A stretch of DNA of 64,000 nucleotides from positions 1 through 64,000 of the forward strand of contig NW_019218244.1 in assembly GCF_002571385.2 (NCBI RefSeq), read 5' to 3'. Source of the stretch: Stylophora pistillata. Taxonomy: Eukaryota. Below the pieces are notes generated by a model. It was not told the origin of the DNA, did no database searches, and saw nothing but the letters and a program-made list of their open reading frames with translations. Shown piece after piece: positions 36,957 through 49,087 of this stretch (position 1 is its first letter; each line of letters starts with the position of its first letter). The position numbers and the translations under genes are program-made.

Positions 36957-39631
36957 TCAGGATTGATCAAGGCTTTCTTTGTTTGGGAGATCAAAGACTA
37001 TTGGTGGATGAGACGGCTTGTACTGGACTGTTACTGACGAGGCATTAACAAATGTCGTTATTCCATCTGTAGTTATTCCATATCCTACAAAGTACACAAT
37101 TGAGAAATGTTATTCTGACTCACAAACACATAAAGTAAATGATTACCAAATATAGTCACATGAAAAAAATTAAATGTCTTTACTCCATCTGTAGTTATTC
37201 CACATCCTACAAAGTACCCAATTGAATAATGTTATTCAATTGGGTACTTTGAATAATGTTAATTAGATTAAAAGAAGTATTCAACATTTGATAATGATTG
37301 CATCATTTGTTCTGACAAAGGGCCAGTGCTAAAAATATCAGCTTCAGATTGAAACTCTTGGTGGCCTGATTTTACTTAATATTAATTATCTTTTATACCC
37401 CCCGCCACCAACTTACCCACTTTATTTATTTATTTTCTTTTTGTATATATGTAAAGGTTCATGAAAAAACCCTCAACAGAATGATGCCAACATTCAAAAA
37501 CTTCACTCAAACTGACCATAACTGTTAGGTTAACCTTATCATTCAATGAAAATATTACTCCAAAAATGTTAACTTTGCTTTTTCATTGGCCAGGGGTATC
37601 TGCACAGAAAATAGAATTTACTTCACATTCAACTTTCCCACTCATAAAGGCAGCCTTTCATGTTTGCCGATTATCATTAGACTGCAAAATTTAATATCAC
37701 AACAGCTGGGTAGTTATTTTATGATTTTTATGATGCCATACCTTCATGGATATGTCCAAAAATGTGATACCTGGGCTTGACCCGGGACTGTATGGTGTGT
37801 AAAAGATTAAGACATCCAGCTCTTAGCTTTGAAATTGCAAGATCTCCATGACCTGTTAAGAATGAAATGCTTTGAGACTGAGAAAATGGAGAACACTTTA
37901 ATTTATACTGACAAGTCAATTGGTTACTGATCAATTACAGTACAATTCAAAGCATAGGTAGAAACCTTCAAATTCAAACTAATTACTGGAATGGCTATCG
38001 CAGTACAGTTTTCTCATGCCTTGTTGTTTTTCCATAGAACACAACACTTCATAAACACTTTTCCAACTAGTGTTTGGTTTCTGGGCTTCCCTGAAATGCT
38101 GAGTGATAAGGGAGGAATTACTGCAAAAGGTACTGCTATAATAAGTAGTTTAAAGTGGCTTAATCCTTTGACCGAGAGTGACAAGCAGCTGATTTCTACC
38201 TACAGTATCACTGCTGATTAAGATTGTAAGAACAAAGGAGATGATTAACAACTAAGGAAGCTTTTAATTGCCCAAAAAATTCTTCATGTCATAAAAAAAA
38301 AGGAAGTGTAGAGATAACAGATGGAAAATAGGCATACTGGTATTGGTGTTGGGGTACTAAGGGTTTAAGCATTATAGTACCTAAGGGTGGGCTGTGGGTC
38401 ACAAGGATGTCAATGCCATCTGGAATTTTGTTCCATATCTCTTGAATTGGCTGACCGCGAGGCTTCATGAAAGCCCAGTCACAAAACACAGGTGACCTAC
38501 AATTTCATCGGAGTAAAGAGGCATTGTAGTGAGAAAGTATCTAAGGCAAACAAAGCATGCAACTTACACCCACAATTAACAATTACTAATAATGTCTTCT
38601 TGCATGTTTTAGCCCATGTAATGCTCTACTCCCCACCAGATTTGTAATGATTAATGTCCTGAGGAAATTACTAACCAGGAACTTGTTTCATGAACACTTG
38701 ATGGATAGATAACTGTTTTTTGTTTTCCATGTGTGCATTCGAGATTACATTTGTTTGTTTTCTTTTCTTTTGTTTTGTTTTGTTTTTTTTTTTTTTTGTA
38801 ATCAAGCAAAAAGATATCATGAAATGAATATAAATGGACTAGTTTTTGAGCTAATGACCCATACTTCTGCCCCTCACTTTTGGACCTTGACTTGATTGCC
38901 TGAGGCCACATTTTAGAATCTCAGGCTGAGGAATAGTATTATATTAATTCTTTTCTCAAAAACCCATACTTTCGGTTTCATTTCCAGATTTTCACATCTA
39001 AATCTTGACTTTAAAAACAGTAAGAAAAATCAGCTTTGCATGAACGGTTTAAGACCAGGCCTTTCATGAAACGGGCCCTACGCCTCTCAATTCAAGCCCC
39101 AGTGTCTCACCACGGGGAGCCATAAATTCGAAATCCACGCAGAGTTATTTCCTCGTCTTCCAAATAGATGCAGTTTGTGAGTTGCTTCCGAGTGTCCTCA
39201 GGATCCTCTCTGATCCGTGTAAAGTGTGACCATAGAGAATCGTAGCTCTCAAGATCAAACGAAATGTCATGGTTACCAGCGATGACAACCTTGTAGGGAT
39301 GATTGAGTGTTCCCAAAAATCTGTTGAAGTGGATCACTTGATCACGGGATCCACAACTTGTGAAATCTCCTGCGTGAATTAAGATATCACCATCTGGAAT
39401 AGCATGTTCCATTTTATCCGTCCTGTTGTGTGTATCTGAAATGCAGACAAATCTTGTGTGCCCAGGAGGCTTTGGGCTTCGTACATCATTTTGCTTTAGC
39501 CTCTCTACAACTTGAGATGACTCAAGAAGATTCCACGCAATTGTCGGGCGATCCACAAATTTTTCGAGGGCCTATTCCACAGAAACATCTTTACCTTGCT
39601 TAGCTTTCGCCTTAACCAAAATCTTCTTCAT
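36957..39631 (-). CDS. Metallophosphoesterase MPPED1/MPPED2-like
   Basis: Exons 39111-39631, 38381-38496, 37742-37852 and 36957-37084. Motifs RFVCISDTH, HAGDFT, IAGNHD, YGSPW, LVTHSPPLG, HIFGHIHEGYG and FVNAS. Confidence 0.92.
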
Positions 39632-39886
39632 CGTCACAGACTATGTCGGTCCAAATATTAAATTAAACTTCTGTAAACTTGGCAAATTCTTCCTATCAGC
39701 GTCAGCAAATTTTTAGCAGGCCTCCGTCATTATACCGCGGGAGAATAGAACCAAGTATTTCTTATCCCAACCTTCTAGATTGATCATTCCACACGGCCAC
39801 TTCCATTTGGCTGTCTGCGCGTGAAGACATCGACTACTCACATTTGTTACGTTTTTACAAATATCATCTGATTTTGATTCAGCATT

Positions 39887-42800
39887 ATGCCAACAAAAAA
39901 ACCCTCAAAGGACTCTCAGGCTGCAGCCAAGAACGTAGGAGGCTTCTCCGCATTTCAACTGCTCATATTTTTGATCGCTACTTCATCAGTGGCAATGAAT
40001 TTTGCCATGATCTACGGAATAATTCCTTTACAAGGTAAATTTCGTTAACTCTCTCCTTTTCACATACGAACTGTTTCATAAATGCAATTTACTTTTTTTC
40101 ACCAGGTTCCAATACGTTCTTAAAAGATGCGCATCTGCTTTTTCCTTTCTCGAATTTTATACAGGAGTGCACGCCAACAAGTGGTCGGCCCGCAGAGGTC
40201 AAAGAGCCATGTAGACAGATAAAACTTTATCTCTTTAGTCCAAAAATTTCCCGCGAAAACAAACGTTAAATCTAGCACGACCCCGTTTTAACTTACACCC
40301 ATTGTTTTTTCCATTGGATCTCCATACAGGATGCGATGGTCCCCCCGGAAAAACCGGAGAACAAGGTGTGGAAAATTTGCATTTATTTTCTAAGAGAATT
40401 ATATAATATGCGGTTTGCTATAGAGAGGTATTCGAAGCCGTGGTAGTAATTGTAATATGATGACACCAAAATGTCCTTTTTATTTTAAATCAGGCCCGGC
40501 TGGTCCCCAAGGAAAGCCTGGAGAAGCCGGTAAGCTATTTATTTTGTGAGCCCGTTTGTTTATGAAAGCAGTCTCATCCTTGGACATAGGGAATTCTCAA
40601 TTCATAGTTTCAACTGGGTTTTAAGCAATACTAGTAGACTGAGACCTTTATTCCTTGCTTCCTTGTGAAATAATGATCCTGCACAACTCGAATCGAATTC
40701 CTTTGTTTAGAGAAGAACCAACAACCCGGACTGCGTCCGTTCTTTCAAGGCTGTAAAATTACCGTGACGTGTCACGCATTATCAAATCATCACAAAACGC
40801 TTTACCTTAAACGTACATGGCGCTAAATCGACTTTAAGTCGAATAACAACCCCGCAGTTACAGGTTGATGTTAAACAAACGTCAAAAGTGTCACTTTAAC
40901 ATTTTCATTGACAAGCTGTGATTATGCGTTCTAGAAGAAAGCTTCGGAAACCGTTCACGCAATCACCATTGTGTCACGAACTCTACGGTTGTCAACGTGG
41001 CATTGGTAAACTTCCTGCCTAACTATCTATGCCTTATTGTGCTCTTAATTGTATAAATAAAGCAAACAGTGAAACTCAAACTTATCATATAGGAATATTT
41101 ATTTAAAAGAGATAACTTGCAATAATTTTCTTTTATGTATTTATAGAGCTTGATAAATATTGACCCAGCCGTTCTTTAAGAAATTATGTCAATCGAATAT
41201 TAATTTTTAGCGAAATTTAAGATGTTAAAAGGTATTCTTAATGTTTAAGTATATGCTAAGTCTGGCATGATAGTTTTTTAGTAAGAGTTAACTACTGATT
41301 TGGTAAAGTATACTCAAAAAAAGTGAATTACTGTAATACACAATAATATTTTAAAATAGAGGTAGCAATTCATGATATTTAGTTTAATTTAATTTAGTTT
41401 AATTTACTCATCTCTCCCTGAGATTAAAATGATGTAATTAAATTTTCAAGTCTGAATTGTAGCAATCCTGATTGTTCATCATGTATTCCTTATCCTAAAT
41501 TTAAACAATTCATGTGCTTTCAATTCATAGGATTGATTACTGACATGCATATCAACCACTCTTTGTGGAGGCTAGTGACTGTTCTCTCTTTACCCATCTT
41601 ATGACATACAATTTAACTTGAAACCCTTCTAAAACAGTACAAGTTAGGGTTGGAATTTCATGGTAGAAAATTGGTTTTCAGTGAGATCTAGACTTGCTTA
41701 AACCTTTCAGGTTTATAAGTGGGTTGACTTGCTTTATATTGTATCTTTTCCTCAATTTTTACAATTTCACACATGAACATGATGCTTTGAAAGAGAAAAT
41801 GTCAAATTTGGAGTATGCTTTGATTAAACGCTAAATTCTTAGAGCTAGAATTACAATGAAAGTATGGCAGACAGTCTGGAGAATTGAAATTTAGATCTTT
41901 GGAGGGAAAGGTTGATATATACTTTTTCATCTAGAAGATTTTCAAGACTTTTTATTTCCTTTTCTTTTGTTAGAAAGGAACAGATAAGAGTTCTACTAGT
42001 TTTCGTATCTTATTCGTATCATTTATTGAGCTTTTCTTTGAGTCTCCCTTTTGAGCCCTGTCTCAAGTTAATCAGACTAATAGAAATGGAAACTTTATAC
42101 AGGTGTACCAGGAAAAGTAGGTGTAAAAGGTGCCCAAGGGAATCCAGGAGAGAAAGGTGATAAAGGAGACCCAGGGGAACAAGGCTTCAAGGGGAATATT
42201 GGACCCAAGGGGGACCAAGGACCCCAAGGGGAAAGAGGGATGCAAGGTACATACTCATGCTAGAGACATACAATATTTGATGACACATTATAAAAATGTC
42301 CAAAAATTTTAAAAAGAGATTTTCTTTTTTACGGTTAATTTCAAAGCTATCAATGTTAAAAAGTTATCATTAGGGAGCTGCCAGTAAGTTTATATGGTCC
42401 TACCGTTTTTTTCATTCTTACAATATTTCATTTATCTAATAAACAGTCCATTGTGTAAAGCCTCTGTAATCCACTTAAATTTACTCTCTTTAAGACAGTT
42501 TTGTTTTGACAAGTCATTTTTACTGTTAAATGAAATAAAATTTTAAGAAAAAAATTAAAGTGCAAAATGAATTTGCTTTAAAACCTAATAGTGGTTACAT
42601 GTACATATAAAAATTTCCTATGGAACATTTTGGGGATACTTTAGGTGCTCCTGGTCTAAATGGTGAGAGGGGTCCAACAGGACTTCCAGGCGAGAAAGGA
42701 GAGTCAGGAGCCCCAGGTGAAAAGGGACCCCAGGGTGAAAAAGGTCCCAAAGGGGATGTTGGAGACAAAGGTACCCAATGTGTAGAAATTGAATTAATTT

Positions 42801-45026
42801 AAAAATATCAGCAATTTCCAATTATTTCATCTGCTTTTTCTCATCAGACTCAAATTTTTTTAAAAGAATTTAACCAAAATTCCTTGGTCATGTTTGTTTG
42901 TTTGTTTATTTATTTATACCCCTTGCAGAAAATCTGAATTACAGGTGTAGTCACCAAATTGTATTCTAAAATGTTGAATTTAAAATATTTGAAATAAGAA
43001 GTTGTAAAGTTAACACTGTATTTAAATTATTGCTAAATTATTGCTAAATAGTTAATTTTCAATGATATCAATGACTGAGAATTTTAGTACAGGTTCTTCG
43101 GGAAGAAACTGTCATTAGATACCGCATAACTCATGAAAGAGCTACACGAGGTCCAAACAAAAATAAAGCTTTTTTAGTATTTGTCCTTCATTCATAACCA
43201 GCACTCGACTCCTTTTTTTTTTTTTAAATAAGTTTTAGCTGGTGTAAGTCCTATGGCAGTAAGTGTGTCAAATAAATTTAACAGCCTCTCTTTGCAATAA
43301 TAATGGATCCACTTGAGATTCATGTCCTCATAGTTTATTCTTTGCCAGAAGTATGAAGCTGTGAATGACTATGTTCATTGTTGTGACAAAAATAATTAAC
43401 ATATGAATGAAGTGTCATAATGTTTGATGTTCATTCATTCATTCATTCTCTTTTGCCCTGCAAACTCAACGTGTTACAAGATATAAGCATGTTTGATTGC
43501 CAAAGTTTTTTTAGTCCAAAAACAAAAATGCAGATGGAAACACTGTTTTATTAGGAATAGATTGAGTTCTTTTCATGAACAGAATTTATAGGTAGAATTA
43601 ATTAACTATGTCTCATAGTTTCATATTAATTCCTGCAATCAAAAGTCTGCAGGTAGTATATTTAATCTACCTGAATTGAAAAATAAGTGACCCAGCTCAA
43701 TAAGGCTCTTTACTTTACTCTTAAATGTATATGGTGGTCACTTTCAATCTCAAAAAGTAAAAAATACACACTGTTAATTTTGTGTTCTCTGTGATGCTGC
43801 TGAAGGTCCCACAGGTCAGACAGGCCCAATAGGTCCAGCAGGACCTCAGGGGGAGAGGGGTAAGTATGTTGTTCCACCATAATATTGTTATCAATACACA
43901 AAAAAAAAGGAGTTTGGTCATTAACCTGGTTACCGAATGTATACAGGTCCCCAGTTCACAACTGTTTGCTTTGGTATACACCACAGAAAATAATCTGTAT
44001 CAATAGATAAAAAATGTTAATGTGTGTGGATCAAATGACCACTTTGTAGGAATCATAAAAGCCAAGATCCTGTAAATAATCTCCTGGTCATAACATGTTA
44101 AATAACTTGTCAAGTATACCCTTGAATTTTGGTTTTGTCTGGTCTCTATTTTTCTTTTTCACATTTTTTTATTGTGTGTGTGCATTAGGTAACACAGGTG
44201 CAGATGGGCCACAGGGTCCTCAAGGTGAGTTTTGAATACTTGTTGTCTTTTCCCTTTAGAACCCTTGCCACTGTCTTTTTGAGTTGTTGCAAGGGAAAAT
44301 CAAGTAAGGTGCAACTCCACACAGTTATTTGCATCTTATTTGGCCAAATTTGGACAATTGTGACAGTAAATACATCAGGTGAAGTTGTCTTTGCATGGCA
44401 ACTGCAAAAGGTAGCAACAAGGTAGCAGTGAGGGTCCCTTATAATCATAGTTATCTTCTTGCAAGGTGCACTCCTGATAGTTTGTAAAGTGTCATTACCA
44501 TCTTTGCCCTTAAGGTGATATTTTAATGAGCAATTCAATGGTAGAAGTAAGGCCTTTTAGTGGAATTTTGTTAAACTTTCTTTCCTCTTTTTCCTCTAGT
44601 TTTCCTCTTTTCATTTGCATTATTTTGTTTTATTACAGGGCCATCAGGAGATAGGGGACTTGATGGATTAAATGGAGAACCTGGTGAGATGGCTATTAAT
44701 TTAGAAATCAGACAGACATACAAATTTATAATTCAAGTTATCAGTTTTTAGATTTACTCATAACAAGTTCTTTGTATGAATCTTACATAACTTTCCTGTA
44801 CTACAGGGAATCAACCACACAGCCTTGCAGATACTGTTAGATAGGTTATAAATGCAGATTAAACTTTATTTCCATTTTTGCTTTAGGTGCACAAGGCCCT
44901 CCAGGACCTCAAGGTCCCCAAGGGGAACAAGGACCCCAAGGTGAAAGAGGCCCCCAAGGGGAACAAGGTGTGGCAGGTACCCCAGGGGAGTTACCTGTAC
45001 CACCTGATCAAACAGGAACACAATGA
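39887..45026 (+). CDS. Short type II transmembrane collagen-like protein
   Basis: Exon 39887-40034 encodes a basic N-terminus and a hydrophobic segment. Phase-1 Gly-X-Y exons follow: 40330-40365, 40494-40529, 42103-42246, 42645-42770, 43806-43859, 44189-44224, 44639-44683 (all multiples of 9 nt) and 44887-45026. Extra small exons near 40107-40200 are possible. Confidence 0.8.
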
Positions 45027-46631
45027 TGAAGTGGCAATTTATTTAAGATCAATGTGAGTCAAGCAGATATCTTCATGAGTTGAATAAATGCTACAGGTTG
45101 AAAAGTTAACATGTGCTTTGTCTGGTGGAACTAGTTTTAAGACATATTTGATCCTTATATTACTCAAGTTGATCAAAAGAAAAGAAAAGTAAGGTTGACA
45201 TTTACACTATTATGTTATTACATTCATGTTATTTTCCTGGCAGATACTCCTAGGGTTAGGCCATGTGCTGCATATATCTGGAAATAAATTTTGAATGATT
45301 ATTTATAGTTTTTCAGTTTTATCTGAAACTTAATTTAATGGATTTTTCTATTTACACTCTTCTGAGACAATTTTGAAAGTAAGGAAGTACACAAATTTGC
45401 CTTTTCTTTTAAACAAGATAGTTATCCTTGAGTGACATCTGATTTCTTTTTTGTTGCAGGATGAAATTTTGAATACAACTTCAGTACATGAATTACAACT
45501 GCCTCTTCAGAATGACCCTTTGCTTCTTTTAAATATTGTGGCACACATTCTACTAAGAATCTTTGCCACAATGTTGTCTACCTTGACAATCTTTGTTTTT
45601 CCTTTGTGCTTTTTTTTATCATCTTGACCTTTGTTGTTTTGTTCCTTTTTGGGAAATGTTGTCTCTGTTTCTATTTCTATTTTTTGTGTGTTTGTTGCTT
45701 GGTAACTGGTATTTTGATGCAATTCTCAATAGCAAGTTTGCTCTTGTAGTGTAATATATATCATTAATTTTGTTAGAATGAATTTGAAATTGTTTTACTT
45801 CAAGACTACTTTAAGCCTAGCATAGAGTCAAAAAACTTGTAAATGGTTTTGCGAAACATTCCCTGCAGAATATACTGCAAAATTGGAGGCAGTCTTGAGG
45901 CAAGAATTTTTTTAAAATTTTTAGAATTGCAGGAAAGTAACATATTGATGCTTTTATTTTAGTGCAGTTTAAATAATAGAGTGCTTTCATCAATTGATTT
46001 TATCAAAGAGATAATGGTGGAAAGAAGTCCTGGATATGGATATTTCTATTTTTGCTGGACTTTACTAAAATAAATTTAAAAGTATTTTGCCATTTTCTAT
46101 CGATTACAGCAACCCTTTACATCCCTGACATCAGTTTATTCATCATACTCCTCTCTATGCATACTCCTCTCTATACTTGGGTACTGACAATGAGAATTTG
46201 TTTAACAATCGATTGAGAGGTTGGTGATAATTTTCTTTATTCTCCTGATCCTAATGTAAGGTTAAGCTGTATTGCTGTAAGGAGAACTTGGATGCTGGTC
46301 ACTCCAAGGGTTTTAAAGGTTAAACTTATCTACTCCTTCATTATCATTCCTATAGACTAGTTGGACTCCATTTTATATGAAGTTTTCAAATGTTTTGCCA
46401 GAGAAACCTTTTAGCTAGAATTACAGGTACTTAATTCTATTTAATTGAAATAAACGTGTAAACGTTTCAAGTGTGGTTTGGTAATTTGTCTTACTATATT
46501 GTCTCATTGTAAAGTCTTGCCTCGCGTGAATAACCTCTTAAAAGAAAATTAACCTGATTAATATTTACATTAGCTTGGCGACCTTCAATCATGATAGGGT
46601 CGCGCGAAATAATACTAATGGTGTTTCGTAA

Positions 46632-46930
46632 CGGTAAATGCTGATAAGTGAAGGGTAAATAAAGCTAAGTAGCAGTAAATGATGTCTGATAACAAATGAT
46701 GGTGACAGTGACTGACGCTTCGTTTAGAGGTAGATGATGACGTTTAGTGACAGTGAATGACGCTCAGTGACTAAGAATGACACTTAGTGATAGTAAATGG
46801 CTTTAATAGTGACGGTAAATGATACTTAATGACAGTTAATGACACTTTGTGACGGTAAATGACCCTTAGTGATGATAAATGACGCTTAATGACGGTAAAT
46901 GAAGCTTAGTGACAGTTAATGATGCTTAAT
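46632..46930. repeat. Minisatellite, 20-bp unit with 10-bp sub-period (consensus about GACGGTAAATGACGCTTAGT)
   Basis: Visible in register in the 10-base blocks 46811-46930. Confidence 0.85.
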
Positions 46931-47209
46931 AGCCGGAGGTAATGCTTTGTGGCTCCAAATGCGCCTGTTGACCATATATGATGCTGAAAAATCAAATCTT
47001 TTATTCACATACGTCTCCTTCGAATGACGTATTCCTTTATCGAGATTATGAGCCTTCATGTACGCGCTTGCGTGACGCATCATTCTTCTCAATGAATCTT
47101 CGTCGCCAAACGACATCAAATCCAAAATACTCTCCAATTCAATCACTGCTATTTTTGGATTGTCCGCTATGTAATGGTGTCTATCCACTGCTCTACTACT
47201 AGTTGCCAT
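46916..47209 (-). CDS. Intronless hypothetical 97-aa ORF, possibly virus/Polinton-derived
   Basis: ATG-initiated ORF with protein-like composition; shares motifs with the adjacent ORF. Confidence 0.35.
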   Translation of the reverse strand: MATSSRAVDRHHYIADNPKIAVIELESILDLMSFGDEDSLRRMMRHASAYMKAHNLDKGIRHSKETYVNKRFDFSASYMVNRRIWSHKALPPAIKHH

Positions 47210-47217
47210 TCTGCTGG

Positions 47218-47484
47218 CTATCTACAAGCTCTCTCGTGATCACGCCTTGCGTATATTCTAACATAATCTTCCAAAATGTCACGTCTTTTATCTGCTATCA
47301 CTTGTGTCTCGTAGTCCAATAAACTACATTCATCTACATCACGTAATGCTATATACAACTGATTTCTGATTTGCTCTAAAGTCTCCATATCCGCAAATTT
47401 TGTAATACTTTCCAATGCCTCTAATATCATGCTCACCGATACTTTTGGATTCATCATCCTCTTAACAAAATCACGTCTTGCCAC
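47218..47484 (-). CDS. Intronless hypothetical ORF (about 88 aa), possibly virus/Polinton-derived
   Basis: Helical, charged composition; it ends 8 bp before the next ATG; the start is uncertain. Confidence 0.35.
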   Translation of the reverse strand: MARRDFVKRMMNPKVSVSMILEALESITKFADMETLEQIRNQLYIALRDVDECSLLDYETQVIADKRRDILEDYVRIYARRDHERACR

Positions 47485-49087
47485 ATAATGAAATTTAAGC
47501 CACTACAAATGTCACTTTTAACTAAAAAAATTCCTACCTGCGGGCGGCTGCCCGCAGGGGGCCTAGGACCGGCGGCGGCGGCGGAGGAAGAGCACCATTC
47601 ATTTAGACATACATCAATTCAACTCCGTACCAGACTCTTTTGACCGAGTCATACTCAGACCCAGGCCTTGCGGGATTGCCAGAGCAGACGCCTTACACTA
47701 CTGTTGGAAGCCAAATTATGTCCTTTTTCATTGTTGGAGATCTTGCAAAGTGATACGGGTAAAGGCAGGTTTCAGTGTGTAAAAAACCTCTTTTTAAGTG
47801 AAAATGAATATTCGTAAACGTAGATATTATAGGTTTCTACACAACAGCAAAGATAACCTTAAAAACAAAGAATTTACTGCTGAACTATAAACAGCTTTTA
47901 GAGATAACTTGGACGAATTGCAATTTCTTTAAATTTTCAGTTCCTCTATGAGGCATCTGTTTCAACAATCCTGCTTTTAAGATATAAACAGGAATTAGGA
48001 ATAAGTTGTACTTTGATTGATTTTTTGAAGATGAAATTTCATACTCTAGCGACGACTGTCTTAAGTAATGTATTCGTCATCAAATAAATAGTAAGTTAAT
48101 CACAATATATAAATTAATAAGGCAAAGGAACTTTAGACTTTCCAGGTTCTCATTGGAAACAAAAATTCTTTAAAATAGGTGCCAAAAAATCTTAACTGAG
48201 AAACTTGAGATAGGCTGTGAACTCAAAAAGTATTTTTTTTGACTTGAAATTAGTTTTACCGACAAAAACTGAAAGCATTACTTACATTTTAACCTAAATG
48301 TCTCCCAACAAATTAAATCAATCAACAAAACAGGTTTTAAATTTCAATGATAAATACATTTTTTAATTTAAATAGTACGTTGCTTATATGAACCGAAATG
48401 ATAAAGTATCAAACTAGAAAAGACTGAGAAAAAGTACAAGTTTGATGTAAAGATTTACAAGTATCGGTTAGGTAAAAGAATTTAATTCAAAATAAAATAC
48501 AAAGAGCAAAAGAAGAAAAAAGGCCATTTTTAAAGTTTTACGTTAATATGTGGACTTTATAAAGAAAGATGTGGATGTCTCTAGAACAGGGATACTTTTC
48601 CTGGTCTGAAGAAGTAGATTTTTGAACAGGAGAGTCCTTAAACTGAAAAAGAATGATTTCAAGCTTAAATCGTACCTTTCTGATACAAATTGAATAGTTA
48701 AATCTGTAGAAGGAACAGCTTTACAAAAATGGTTTGCGAGCCAATTCAGCACTGGGCTAGCAAATTTAATTACAATGCTTTCAACAAATACTCTCTGACT
48801 GAAACCGTAGACTCTCTCATCTCAAACACATTCCTTTTTGGCATTTTTCGAGCTCAATTTTATTATCAGGATTCTCAGCCAGAACCGGCCACTGTCTTAA
48901 GTAATTCATCTATCAGCACAAACTTTGGGGAAACCTCCTTGTCTGTCTCGCGCTTTTGTAGAATTTATTTATGACAAAAAAAAAAAAAACATGTATATAT
49001 ATATACCAGTATGAAGGTTACTCAATATGAGTACATGTGGATTTTAATGCAGTTCTCTTTCGTAGACCAACAAACGTTGGTCCACTC

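Noticed and set aside
46632-46930. CRISPR array
   Set aside because: Degenerate head-to-tail 20-mers with no spacers and no cas genes.
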